Shown here: positions 1 to 9,251 of the stretch, one piece after another
Layout of the letters: the number at the start of each line of letters is the position of its first letter
Numbering within the stretch: position 1 is the first letter of the stretch
NCBI GenBank assembly: GCA_021796335.1
Contig: JAJYHZ010000001.1
Coordinates: forward strand, 80,360-144,359
Length of the DNA stretch: 64,000 nt
Origin: a bacterium
Lineage (GTDB): Bacteria > Patescibacteriota > Minisyncoccia > UBA6257 > UBA9933
Direction: 5' to 3'
Notes under the pieces: generated by a model
What the model was told of the DNA's origin: nothing
Database searches by the model: none
What the model saw: the letters and a program-made list of their open reading frames with translations, nothing else
Made by a program: the position numbers and the translations under genes

Positions 1-228
1 AACAGTGGCGATCGTAATTGCGATCAGCCGCTTGATCTGCAAAAAAAGTTGTTTGAATTTTTCCAAACGGCAATCCCGCTAAATACGCGGGATAAATATA
101 GCTTTTAAAATAAACAATAAAGGGGCGGAACAATCCGCCCCTATTTTATCCCTAAATTAATTTTTATCCCTTGAATTTTTCCTTGAATAAAAAAATCCCG
201 CCAATCGGCGGGAACTTAAGAATAACCG

Positions 229-666
229 TTATCCTACGAGTATTTTCATTATTTGATTTTTATCGCTATTGATAAAACTCGAAGCGCAGCCGATAGAATA
301 CAGGCCATGGTTGTTCCGGATGGCAACTTCGCCTCCATAAGCTGCCACAATCTGGCCATAATGATATTCATATAATTTTTCTCTGCTGTAAGGTTGCCAA
401 TTCCCCTTTCGAATTTTCCCCCAGTCTCCTTTGTTGCACCTTCCCGACGAGCCAAAAGGGATTGCCTCCTCTGCTCGTTTTATTACCTCTATTTCATACA
501 AAGTAATTTGTCCTCTATAATCTGATTGTTTGTAAAAACTGTCGTAAAGAGGGCAAATTAAGAATATAAATCCGTTTTGCATTTTGTAAATTGCTCCTTC
601 TAGGCATTGTAAATAAGGGAATTGCGGCACTCTAAACTGAATTAAATCGCCGATTCCGTATTTCAT
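229..666 (-). CDS. hypothetical protein
   Basis: 145-aa ORF; AGGAGG SD upstream; GC hairpin at ~197-212 downstream. Confidence 0.7.
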   Translation of the reverse strand: MKYGIGDLIQFRVPQFPYLQCLEGAIYKMQNGFIFLICPLYDSFYKQSDYRGQITLYEIEVIKRAEEAIPFGSSGRCNKGDWGKIRKGNWQPYSREKLYEYHYGQIVAAYGGEVAIRNNHGLYSIGCASSFINSDKNQIMKILVG

Positions 667-905
667 TTTCCCTCCTTCTTATAAAATTTTATCGTTCTGT
701 ATGTAATTCAACAATTATTTAGCTCAAATTGTCAAGCATCGCGTTTTTTTAGGTATCATAAAGGCAAATCAAAATAATTTATGCGACTAAAAAAAGAGGC
801 TGTATTTATAAATTGAATTTGCCCGATAATTTTTACTTTTGACAATAAAAACTAATTAAGTTATTAATTAAACAGAAAATAAAAGAATAGAAAGGAGGGC
901 AAGAC

Positions 906-1184
906 ATGCTTAATTTTTACGAAGTGACAGTGTTTTGCTCTCATGCGAAGAGCAATACGGGTGGCAGAACGATTTTAAAAAACAATTTCCCGCGCGCCTG
1001 GTGGGAGATTAAAAAACATATTCAGGACCATAATCCGATTTTCAAAGCAGCCTCTGATTGCAATGGATGCTGCCAAGTCCGGGTAATCGTAAAAAATTTA
1101 TCCGGAGAAAGGGAAGAGGATTATGAAAAGAAATTAAAACAGTGGCTTATGCTAATGGGCTACTGTGACAAGTTCGCAAATTAA
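906..1184 (+). CDS. hypothetical protein (Cys-rich)
   Basis: 92-aa ORF; AGGAGG SD; TTGACA-N17-TATTAA at 839-867; terminator at ~1208-1232. Confidence 0.7.
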   Translation: MLNFYEVTVFCSHAKSNTGGRTILKNNFPRAWWEIKKHIQDHNPIFKAASDCNGCCQVRVIVKNLSGEREEDYEKKLKQWLMLMGYCDKFAN

Positions 1185-1317
1185 ATAATTAAATAAGTTC
1201 TTTATTGAGGGGAACGCAGCCCCTCTTTTTTTATTTAACTTTACAAATATAAATTTATATGATAATTTATAGCCAGTTTGTTTTTAACAAGGAAGAAGAA
1301 GAGGAGGAAGAATAAAT

Positions 1318-1530
1318 ATGCTTGAAAAGCAGAGAGAAAAATCCGAGATTCCGCTGTATGCGGCGGAAATCGGTGGTATAGTCATCCGCAGAAAAGACGG
1401 CGCCTTTGTTTTTAAAAAACCGCCTCGCGGACTCGGTTTTAAGGCGGGCAACATCGTGCCGCCGGAGTGGGACATAGTACCGCTCAACGATCTCGCGCGC
1501 CGCGAGATGGAGCGGATACGACACCACTAA
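1318..1530 (+). CDS. hypothetical protein
   Basis: 70-aa ORF; GAGGAGG SD; hairpin plus T-run at ~1537-1569. Confidence 0.6.
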   Translation: MLEKQREKSEIPLYAAEIGGIVIRRKDGAFVFKKPPRGLGFKAGNIVPPEWDIVPLNDLARREMERIRHH

Positions 1531-1726
1531 AAACAAAGGGGCTGGCAATCTTTGCGCCGGCTCCTTTTTGTCTCTTGTATTTTTTTTTAATTTCGAATAA
1601 AATTTTTTTTGTTTCAATAATTTAGCAAGTCGAAAAAATTTAAAGCTGAATACTAATCAAATCGGGTATTTCAAAATCGAATTGAAATTTATCCGATGCG
1701 AAAACTTAATAAGGCTGGGGGTAGAA

Positions 1727-2164
1727 ATGTCCAAAATTTCGGAGAATACGGATTTGCGAATAAAAAATCCGGTTACGAAAGAAAATAAGCAGTTTGAAAT
1801 TCCAAGGCCTGCAACTTGGGGGAAGCACCTTATAATAGATGCCTACGGAATCGACTACAAAAAATTAAAAAACTACCGCGGCATAAGAGCGCTGTTGAAA
1901 GGATTACCGGAGAAATTCAATATGCGGCCTCTTAGCGATGTGATAACAAAGAAAGTTAAGTCGGATTTCTATCCCGACTGGGGCATTTCCGGAATTATAA
2001 TGCTTTACGAAAGCCATATATCGCTTCATACTTGGCCCGAAGAAGGCTATGTGGCAATGGATCTTTATTCCTGTAAAGATTTTGACCACGAAGCCATAAT
2101 CGAATACGTAAAAAACTTCTGGGGATCAAAAAGAATGAAGGTTAAAATGGTAATCAGGGGTTAA
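1727..2164 (+). CDS. speD: S-adenosylmethionine decarboxylase proenzyme
   Basis: GKHLIID and ESHISLHTWPE...DLYSC motifs; ATG 1727 preferred to ORF start 1682. Confidence 0.9.
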   Translation: MSKISENTDLRIKNPVTKENKQFEIPRPATWGKHLIIDAYGIDYKKLKNYRGIRALLKGLPEKFNMRPLSDVITKKVKSDFYPDWGISGIIMLYESHISLHTWPEEGYVAMDLYSCKDFDHEAIIEYVKNFWGSKRMKVKMVIRG

Positions 2165-2166
2165 TA

Positions 2167-2196
2167 AAAAATAGGAACTAATTAGTTCCTATTTTT
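2167..2196. terminator. bidirectional intrinsic terminator between speD and tRNA-Phe
   Basis: palindrome aaaaataggaacta-at-tagttcctattttt between convergent genes. Confidence 0.65.
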
Positions 2197-2199
2197 GTG

Positions 2200-2271
2200 T
2201 GCCTCGGGAGGGAATTGAACCCCCGACGCCAGCCTCTTCAGGGCTGCGCTCTACCACTGAGCTACCGAGGC
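2200..2271 (-). tRNA. tRNA-Phe(GAA)
   Basis: reverse complement GCCTCGGTAGCTCAGTGGTAGAGC...CTGAAGA...GGTTCAATTCC folds as a cloverleaf; CCA not encoded. Confidence 0.95.
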
Positions 2272-2517
2272 GTTTTATTTACGATATAAAAATTATTATT
2301 GTTCAAGATATGACCTTCAATATGCTGCGCTCGTTCCGGGGCGACTTTTCAATAATATGCTATTACGGAGTCCGCCCGTAGAAAGCGAAGCTGTTTGCTT
2401 TCTACCCAATGAGCTACCGAGGTAATATCAATAAATTTCAGTATATCTTAATTTTTAAAATAAGCAATTTTAAATTTACAAATCAATCTTTTTTTGTTAA
2501 GTTTTAAAAATAGAAAC

Positions 2518-2593
2518 GGTGGGCGTAGCTCAATTGGTAGAGCTCCAGTTTGTGGCACTGGAGGTTGCGGGTTCGAGCCCCGTCGCTCACCCA
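2518..2593 (+). tRNA. tRNA-His(GTG)
   Basis: cloverleaf with G-1; anticodon loop TTGTGGC; GGTTCGAG T-loop; ends CCA. Confidence 0.95.
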
Positions 2594-2654
2594 TTTTCTG
2601 CCTTTGTTTTTATCCACATTTTCATTCGCGATTAACTTGCTATAATTAAAATAA

Positions 2655-3146
2655 ATGAATCTATTTGCAGGCAGTCAAACGGAACTTTTTTTAAGGCTTT
2701 TTGTCTCATTAATTTTAGGAGCGCTTATCGGCATTGAAAGAACCGTCGCTCATAAGTCGGCAGGCATCCGAACTTTCGGTTTGGTTAGTTTGGGCTCGGC
2801 GCTTTTTGTGGTGATATCCGAGATGATTAACGTTCGATACGCTGGCGTTATGTCCCCGGATCATTTGAGAATTCCTTCTCAAATCGTTGTCGGAATCGGT
2901 TTTCTTGGTGCCGGCTTGATAATTTTAAGCGAATCAAAATTAAAAGGGCTTACGACTGCCGCCGGACTTTGGGTTTGCGCGGGAATCGGTATGGCTATCG
3001 GATTGGGATTTTACGAGCTTGCGATTTTTTCCACGATTCTCGCTATATTTATTTTAGTGGGCCTCTGGTTTTTAGAGGAAAAGGTCAAAAAAATTTCTCC
3101 CAATCAGGAGAGCGATAAAAATGATTTTTCATCAAAATATAATTGA
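2655..3146 (+). CDS. MgtC/SapB family membrane protein
   Basis: IGIER..AGIRTF, QIVVGIGFLGAG and GLTTAA motifs. Confidence 0.9.
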   Translation: MNLFAGSQTELFLRLFVSLILGALIGIERTVAHKSAGIRTFGLVSLGSALFVVISEMINVRYAGVMSPDHLRIPSQIVVGIGFLGAGLIILSESKLKGLTTAAGLWVCAGIGMAIGLGFYELAIFSTILAIFILVGLWFLEEKVKKISPNQESDKNDFSSKYN

Positions 3147-3522
3147 ACTTGCCGGACAAAATGAAAACTTCAGGCAGGTTCTAAAAACCGGCCGGCATTC
3201 GCAGGTTGTTTTAATGAGTTTGCTGCCCGGAGAGGATATTGGCAATGAAGTTCATGAAACCGTTGACCAGATTTTGATTTTCGTCGAAGGGAACGGGACT
3301 GCGGAGTTTAACAGATCCGAATCCGATTTATCGGACACCGCTCCCGAACCTGTAGAACGGGTTGATTTTAAGGCGGGGGACTTGGTTTTTGTGGATGCCG
3401 GCACTTGGCATAATTTTACAAACACCGGTTCAAATCCGTTAAAACTTTATACAATATATTCTCCCGCAAATCATCCGGCTGACCGAATTCAAAAAAATAA
3501 ACCGGCTGTTGATGACGATTAA
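3121..3522 (+). CDS. cupin domain protein
   Basis: IGNEVH..DQ and GTWHNFTN..LYTIYSP cupin motifs. Confidence 0.85.
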   Translation: MIFHQNIIELAGQNENFRQVLKTGRHSQVVLMSLLPGEDIGNEVHETVDQILIFVEGNGTAEFNRSESDLSDTAPEPVERVDFKAGDLVFVDAGTWHNFTNTGSNPLKLYTIYSPANHPADRIQKNKPAVDDD

Positions 3523-3578
3523 AGGCCGAATCGTTTATGTAATCTTTCGCTAATCATTAGTCGTTAATAACTATTCCA

Positions 3579-3776
3579 ATGACTTTATCTGTAATCGAAC
3601 TTGTGATCCTGATTTGCGGCACTCTTTTCGCTTGGTATAACTGGATTCTGGTTTTACAGAAAAAATGCACCACCTGTTCCATTGAAGTGCATGAAAATCC
3701 GTTTTTATCCAAATGTTTTTGGGGCGCCTTGTTCTTCACCGCCGCATTAATGGTTCAAATCATAGCAATGTACTGA
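3579..3776 (+). CDS. small membrane protein
   Basis: two hydrophobic helices flanking CTTC; same strand as neighbours. Confidence 0.55.
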   Translation: MTLSVIELVILICGTLFAWYNWILVLQKKCTTCSIEVHENPFLSKCFWGALFFTAALMVQIIAMY

Positions 3777-3785
3777 TCTAAGAGC

Positions 3786-4256
3786 ATGAATATTTCTACT
3801 CATACGCTGGTCAATCTGGCGGTTTCTTATGGTGTGGCAAAAGCCGGACACATTAATTTTAATTTTACCGATCTGATCATGCTTTTATCCACTCAACTGA
3901 TTGATATCGATCACCTGTTCTTCTCCATGACGCTTAATGCCAAAAGAAATCCGTTTAAAACCCACTTTTTTCACAAGCACTGGAAACTTATGTCGCTGTT
4001 GGCGGTTATATGTTTATTTACCCGGATCTTTTTGTTTTTCGGAATCGGCCTGATTATTCATTTCATTTTGGATTATCTGTATATTAAAATTTATAAATTG
4101 GAAAATACTATAGACGAATCGGCTGTTGAAATAATAAATAAGCCTTCGTTTTGTTTTCAGAATAAAATTTTATATAATAAAAAAGTCATACCAAGATTTG
4201 TGCTTGTGGCGGATTATAATATAAGGATTTTATCAATAATCCGAATAAAAAATTAA
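3786..4256 (+). CDS. membrane protein, putative metal-dependent hydrolase-like
   Basis: H...DIDH...H...HFILD pattern within TM helices. Confidence 0.55.
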   Translation: MNISTHTLVNLAVSYGVAKAGHINFNFTDLIMLLSTQLIDIDHLFFSMTLNAKRNPFKTHFFHKHWKLMSLLAVICLFTRIFLFFGIGLIIHFILDYLYIKIYKLENTIDESAVEIINKPSFCFQNKILYNKKVIPRFVLVADYNIRILSIIRIKN

Positions 4257-4324
4257 TAACCAGGAACTGATTGATGTTTATTAATGGGAATAATTAATAA
4301 AATAAGAGCAGCTCTGTGATCAAT

Positions 4325-6745
4325 ATGGAAAAACAATTTACAAAAATTTTTAAAGAGGTCGGAATCGAGGATGTTGCCGAAGTCGGCGGGAAAAATGCTT
4401 CGCTCGGCGAAATGATTCAGGATTTGATTCCGAAAGGAGTCAATGTTCCGGACGGATTTATCGTCACTGCCACTGCATATCGTTATTTTCTGAAAAAAAC
4501 CGGCCTGGATGAATTCATAAAGAAAACATTGACCGGTTTGAATACGAGAAATTTGGCAGATCTGGCAAGTCGCGCCAGGCTGGTACGCGAAAAAATAAAA
4601 AATGCCGAATTTCCTGAAGATCTAAAAAAAGAAATTATCAAAGGGTATAGAGAACTTGAGAAACGATACGGTAAAAACGCGGATGTTGCCGTCCGCTCGT
4701 CCGCGACGGCCGAAGATTTGCCGGGTGCGTCTTTTGCCGGTGAACATGAAACTTATCTAAATATCAGGGGAACCGACCAGTTGATCGAGGCCGTACGCGC
4801 CGATATGGCTTCTCTTTTCACGGATCGCGCCATTTCCTATCGCGTTGACAAAAAATTCGATCATTTGAAAGTTGCGCTTTCCGTCGGCATCCAGAAAATG
4901 GTCCGTTCTGATTTGGGATGTTCGGGTGTTATGTTTACCGTCGATACGGAGTCAGGATTTAAAGATGTTGTCCTTATAAACGGCGCCTGGGGATTGGGTG
5001 AAATGATTGTTCAGGGAGAAGTTACTCCCGATGAATTTTTGATCTTTAAACCCAATCTGAATAATTCAAAATTTCGACCGATTATCGATAAGAAACTTGG
5101 AAATAAAAACCGCAAAATGATCTATTCCGACCATACCACTCTCGGAATAAAAACAACTAAAATCATAAATACCACTCCTAAAGAAAAAGAGTCTTGGGTT
5201 CTGACCGATCAGGAAATTTTGAAACTGGCAGAGTGGGGGAAAATTATCGAAGAGCATTACTCCAAGAAAAATGGTAAATGGACTCCTATGGATACCGAAT
5301 GGGCTAAAGACGGCAAAACCGGTCAACTTTTCATAGTTCAGGCCAGACCGGAAACCGTCCAGGCCCAAAGGGATTTTTCGAAAATTAAAGAATATAATTT
5401 GCAGGAAAAAGGAAAAGAAATTACCAAGGGAACTTCCGTTGGTAACAAAATTGCTTCCGGAAAAGCGCATATTATATTTGATATCAAGCATCTAAAAGAT
5501 TTTAAGCCGGGCGAGATTTTGGTTAGTACAATGACCGATCCTAATTTTGAACCGGTTATGAAAATCGCTTCAGCCATTGTTACGGATAAAGGTGGAAGAA
5601 CGTCTCATGCCGCCATTGTTTCCCGCGAACTGGGAATTCCTTGTATCGTAGGAACTGAAAATGCCACTAAAAAAATTAAAACCGGACAAACGATTACGGT
5701 TGATGCCAGTGGCACCGAAGGAACTGTTTATGAAGGGACTCTTAAATTTAAAATTATCGAACACGACATTAAAAAACTTCCCAAGCCGAAAACAAAAATA
5801 ATGATGAATATAGCCACACCGGATACCGCTTTCGAAAAATCGTTTTTACCCAACAGCGGAGTCGGCTTGGCACGCGAGGAATTTATTATAGCTTCAAACA
5901 TCGGCATTCATCCGAAAGCTTTGATTGATTACAAAAAATTAAGAAAAGAAAATCCCGGCGGTAAGTTAATCGGCGAAATAAACAAGCGATCAGCCGGCTA
6001 TCAGGACAAAATCCAGTTTTATGTCGACAAGCTTTCTTACGGGATTGCCAAAATCGGCGCCGCTTTTTATCCGAATCCGATTATCGTCAGATTTTCTGAT
6101 TTTAAGACAAACGAATACCGCACCTTAATCGGAGGTGATTTATACGAGCCGCATGAAGAAAATCCAATGATCGGCTGGCGCGGGGCGTCCAGATATTATC
6201 ATCCAGATTTTGCCGATGCATTTGTTTTGGAACTGAAAGCTATCAGAAAAGTCCGCGAAGAAATCGGTTTGAACAATGTCGAAGTTATGATTCCGTTCTG
6301 TCGCACGGTTGAAGAAGGAAAGAAAGTGATTGAAATAATGAAAAAGAACGGCTTGGATAGAAAATCCGGAATTAAAATCAATGTTATGTGCGAAATTCCG
6401 GCTAATGTCATTCTGGCGGATAAATTCCTTGATATTTTCGACGGTATGAGCATCGGCTCGAATGATTTGACCCAATTGACAGTCGGCATTGACCGCGATG
6501 GCAATGATAAAATCAAAAAAATCACCAATGAAAAAGACGAATCCGTTAAAACCTTGATTTCCGAAGTAATCAAAAAATGCAAAGCTCGCGGCAAATATAT
6601 CGGTATCTGCGGCCAGGCTCCGAGCGATTATCCGGATTTTGCCCAATTTTTAGTTGAGCAAGGGATAGAAAGCATATCTTTAAATCCCGATACCGTCATA
6701 AAAACCACCTTGGCGGTTGTTGAACAAGAGAGGAAATTAAAATGA
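4325..6745 (+). CDS. ppsA: phosphoenolpyruvate synthase
   Basis: VGGKNASLGEM, VAVRSSATAED, GGRTSHAAIVSRE and SIGSNDLTQL motifs. Confidence 0.97.
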   Translation: MEKQFTKIFKEVGIEDVAEVGGKNASLGEMIQDLIPKGVNVPDGFIVTATAYRYFLKKTGLDEFIKKTLTGLNTRNLADLASRARLVREKIKNAEFPEDLKKEIIKGYRELEKRYGKNADVAVRSSATAEDLPGASFAGEHETYLNIRGTDQLIEAVRADMASLFTDRAISYRVDKKFDHLKVALSVGIQKMVRSDLGCSGVMFTVDTESGFKDVVLINGAWGLGEMIVQGEVTPDEFLIFKPNLNNSKFRPIIDKKLGNKNRKMIYSDHTTLGIKTTKIINTTPKEKESWVLTDQEILKLAEWGKIIEEHYSKKNGKWTPMDTEWAKDGKTGQLFIVQARPETVQAQRDFSKIKEYNLQEKGKEITKGTSVGNKIASGKAHIIFDIKHLKDFKPGEILVSTMTDPNFEPVMKIASAIVTDKGGRTSHAAIVSRELGIPCIVGTENATKKIKTGQTITVDASGTEGTVYEGTLKFKIIEHDIKKLPKPKTKIMMNIATPDTAFEKSFLPNSGVGLAREEFIIASNIGIHPKALIDYKKLRKENPGGKLIGEINKRSAGYQDKIQFYVDKLSYGIAKIGAAFYPNPIIVRFSDFKTNEYRTLIGGDLYEPHEENPMIGWRGASRYYHPDFADAFVLELKAIRKVREEIGLNNVEVMIPFCRTVEEGKKVIEIMKKNGLDRKSGIKINVMCEIPANVILADKFLDIFDGMSIGSNDLTQLTVGIDRDGNDKIKKITNEKDESVKTLISEVIKKCKARGKYIGICGQAPSDYPDFAQFLVEQGIESISLNPDTVIKTTLAVVEQERKLK

Positions 6746-7389
6746 TTACGAGGATTTATATTTTCGGCGACAGCATTACTCACGGCGCGTGGGATGAGGA
6801 AATGGGCGGGTGGGCCGATCGTCTGAAAGTTTTCTTAAACAATAAATGGTCCGAAACCAATGAATATGAAGTCTATAATTTAGGAGTCGATAATAATACA
6901 GCCGAAGATCTCTTGGACAGGTTTGAATTTGAAGTTTATCAGCGCGCAACCGATTCGATCGAAGAAATCAAAAATATTTTTATTTTTGCCATCGGCATAA
7001 ATGATTCCGCTTACTTCAAAGAAAATGATTCAAATCGCATCTCTCTGGATCAGTTTCAAGAAAATATCCAATATCTGACTGCGCTTGCCAAAAAATATTC
7101 AGAAAATATTATATTCATTGGCCTTACTCCTGTAATCGAAGAAAAAGTTTCTAAGTCCTATGCCGATGATAGTATTAATTATAAGAATAAATTTATTGGG
7201 AAATATAATAATACTGTTAGATCCGTATGCGAAAAAGATAATTTGATTTTCATCGACATCTTGAAAGAATTCCAAAAATCTGATTATAAATCCTTATTGG
7301 ACGAAGATGGCCTTCACCCGAATAGTTTGGGCCATAAAAAAATAACGGAAATCGTCCAAAAAATTCTGACCCAAAACGAATTTATTTAA
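6742..7389 (+). CDS. SGNH/GDSL hydrolase
   Basis: FGDSIT, GIND and DGLHP blocks. Confidence 0.9.
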   Translation: MITRIYIFGDSITHGAWDEEMGGWADRLKVFLNNKWSETNEYEVYNLGVDNNTAEDLLDRFEFEVYQRATDSIEEIKNIFIFAIGINDSAYFKENDSNRISLDQFQENIQYLTALAKKYSENIIFIGLTPVIEEKVSKSYADDSINYKNKFIGKYNNTVRSVCEKDNLIFIDILKEFQKSDYKSLLDEDGLHPNSLGHKKITEIVQKILTQNEFI

Positions 7390-7399
7390 AGCCGCTTGG

Positions 7400-7424
7400 G
7401 TAACATTTCACCACTTGAATCGTA
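7400..7424 (+). promoter_or_regulatory. ECF-type promoter, probably autoregulatory
   Basis: GTAAC-N16-CGTA ending 7 nt before ATG 7432. Confidence 0.55.
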
Positions 7425-7431
7425 TTTATTC

Positions 7432-7971
7432 ATGAACAATCCGGCAGATAAGGACAAATTTAATAATCTTGCCCGGCAAATGAAATCCGGGGACGACAAA
7501 GCGGCTGGGGAAATTTTCAATTATTTCAGCCCCATATTGTATCGGTTTTTCTTATCCAGAACTTTAAATAAGCAGGTATCAGAAGATCTAACTCAGGAAG
7601 TTTTTTTAAAACTTGTCTCAAAAATAGACTTATACGATGAAGGCCTAGGTAATTTTTCCGGCTGGTTATGGCAAATAGCCCGAAATTCCTTGACTGATTA
7701 TTTCCGCAGCAAAAAAGAAACGGCTTTTTCCGATTTGCCCGATCTTGAAAATATTTTTAGCCATAAAGATTCCACGGAAAAGAACATGAAAATCAAAGAT
7801 ATTATGGCTTTAACTGAAAATTTTAATGATGATGACCGGGAAATTTTTTCCTTATACTATGTTTCCGATCTATCCTATAGAGACATAGGTAAGATTACAG
7901 GAAAGACCGAAGGATCATTGCGAATCTTGATTCATCGGATGATTAAAAAAATAAAAAAAGAAATAAATTAA
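7432..7971 (+). CDS. ECF RNA polymerase sigma factor
   Basis: region 2 (EDLTQEVFLK..WLWQIARN..DYFR) and region 4 HTH. Confidence 0.92.
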   Translation: MNNPADKDKFNNLARQMKSGDDKAAGEIFNYFSPILYRFFLSRTLNKQVSEDLTQEVFLKLVSKIDLYDEGLGNFSGWLWQIARNSLTDYFRSKKETAFSDLPDLENIFSHKDSTEKNMKIKDIMALTENFNDDDREIFSLYYVSDLSYRDIGKITGKTEGSLRILIHRMIKKIKKEIN

Positions 7972-8090
7972 TCGCGTGCACGACTTTTTTAAGAAGAATC
8001 ATGCGGAAATATCGACGAAATAAATCAAAGCGTGTCTGGAAATTTAAAATCCATAAATAATTTTAAGTCTTCAGAGAAGTTATATTCGGA

Positions 8091-8816
8091 ATGAATAAAT
8101 TCTCCGAAAAATTCCATATCTTTAAAATAAAACGCCTTTTGAGGGGAATTTTTAATCCGGATAAGAAATTCATCGAAAAAAGCCGGGCGATCTTCCTGAA
8201 AGCTTTTAAAGAAAAACCGGCCTATGTAACAAATTCGCCTGTCGCTCGTAATTATTATAAATTTAAAATTGCATTTGTTTCCGTTTTGGTATTGCTATTG
8301 CTGGCCGTGACTTCTTTTGTTTATGCGGATGTTAAGAATGTCGGACCGAACCATCCCCTATATCCGCTCAAGCGTCTCTCCGAAGGAATTCAACTGGAGT
8401 TGGCTTCAAGTAAAAATAAGGCGCAGTTGAACGACATTTTTGCCAAGCGCAGATTGGAAGAAGTCAAAGAGTTAAAAGAAAATTCCGGCCAGAATCAGAA
8501 AAATGAAAATGAAATCATGAAATTAAAAAATGATTTTGTAAATGAAGTAGAAAATGAGGAAAAAATAACAAAAAACAGCCAGAATAAAATTCTGGACCTT
8601 TGCGAGATGAGCAAGGAAATAGACGGAAGCCATCCAAGCGCCCAGTGGGTCGGTTTTCAGAAACATTGCCAAAATATTAAAAATAAAATAAATAATAAAA
8701 AAGAAAATAATGGCAACAGCAGTAAGAACGGCGATAATGAGAATGGTGGCAATTATAACAGAACAAAATCGGCACATACAGTTCCAATGAATCATTTCAG
8801 GGATGCCGGCGATTAA
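8091..8816 (+). CDS. single-TM protein, DUF5667-like, putative anti-sigma factor
   Basis: TM followed by GPNHPLYPLKRLSE..RRLEE; directly after the ECF sigma. Confidence 0.65.
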   Translation: MNKFSEKFHIFKIKRLLRGIFNPDKKFIEKSRAIFLKAFKEKPAYVTNSPVARNYYKFKIAFVSVLVLLLLAVTSFVYADVKNVGPNHPLYPLKRLSEGIQLELASSKNKAQLNDIFAKRRLEEVKELKENSGQNQKNENEIMKLKNDFVNEVENEEKITKNSQNKILDLCEMSKEIDGSHPSAQWVGFQKHCQNIKNKINNKKENNGNSSKNGDNENGGNYNRTKSAHTVPMNHFRDAGD

Positions 8817-8842
8817 TTTCTATTAATCGCCATATCGCTAAT

Positions 8843-8879
8843 ATGCAAGCCCGGATTAGACCCTAGTCCGGGCTTGCAT
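8843..8879 (+). terminator. strong hairpin after the ECF operon
   Basis: atgcaagcccggattag/ctagtccgggcttgcat inverted repeat. Confidence 0.5.
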
Positions 8880-8951
8880 GTTCTAATTTACCTTTTTTTA
8901 ATTTATTAGCTTTTTTGTTGTAGAAAATCTTGAATTACGAAACTATACTTT

Positions 8952-9099
8952 ATATCATTCCGAATCTGCCTGATTTGCCTATCGACAGGCAGGCTTGCTT
9001 GTTCCATATTAAAATTTATTTTGTGCGGGATTTTAACCTGCTTACTGATAGGTAGACGCTGAAAGCGTCAACGTTTTATTTCATTATTCAGAATGATAT
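8952..9099. repeat. degenerate composite palindromic repeat (MITE/REP-like)
   Basis: terminal inverted repeat atatcattccgaat/attcagaatgatat enclosing smaller hairpins. Confidence 0.4.
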
Positions 9100-9251
9100 G
9101 AAAATGATATAAATAAGGAGTTCCGTAATTTAAAGTGGATAACCAATCAAATTTTGAGCGATCGCAAAATATTTAATTGTATTTTCTTCTTTATATTAAC
9201 TGAATTAGTATAAAACTTCTTTTATTTATAAAAATACGATACTCTAAAATT

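Noticed and set aside
2199-2381. 60-aa ORF MPREGIEPPT...
   Set aside because: Antisense translation of tRNA-Phe
5066-6646. Antisense ORFs within ppsA (likewise within rpoB, rpoC, infB and groEL)
   Set aside because: Codon-bias shadows of strongly supported genes
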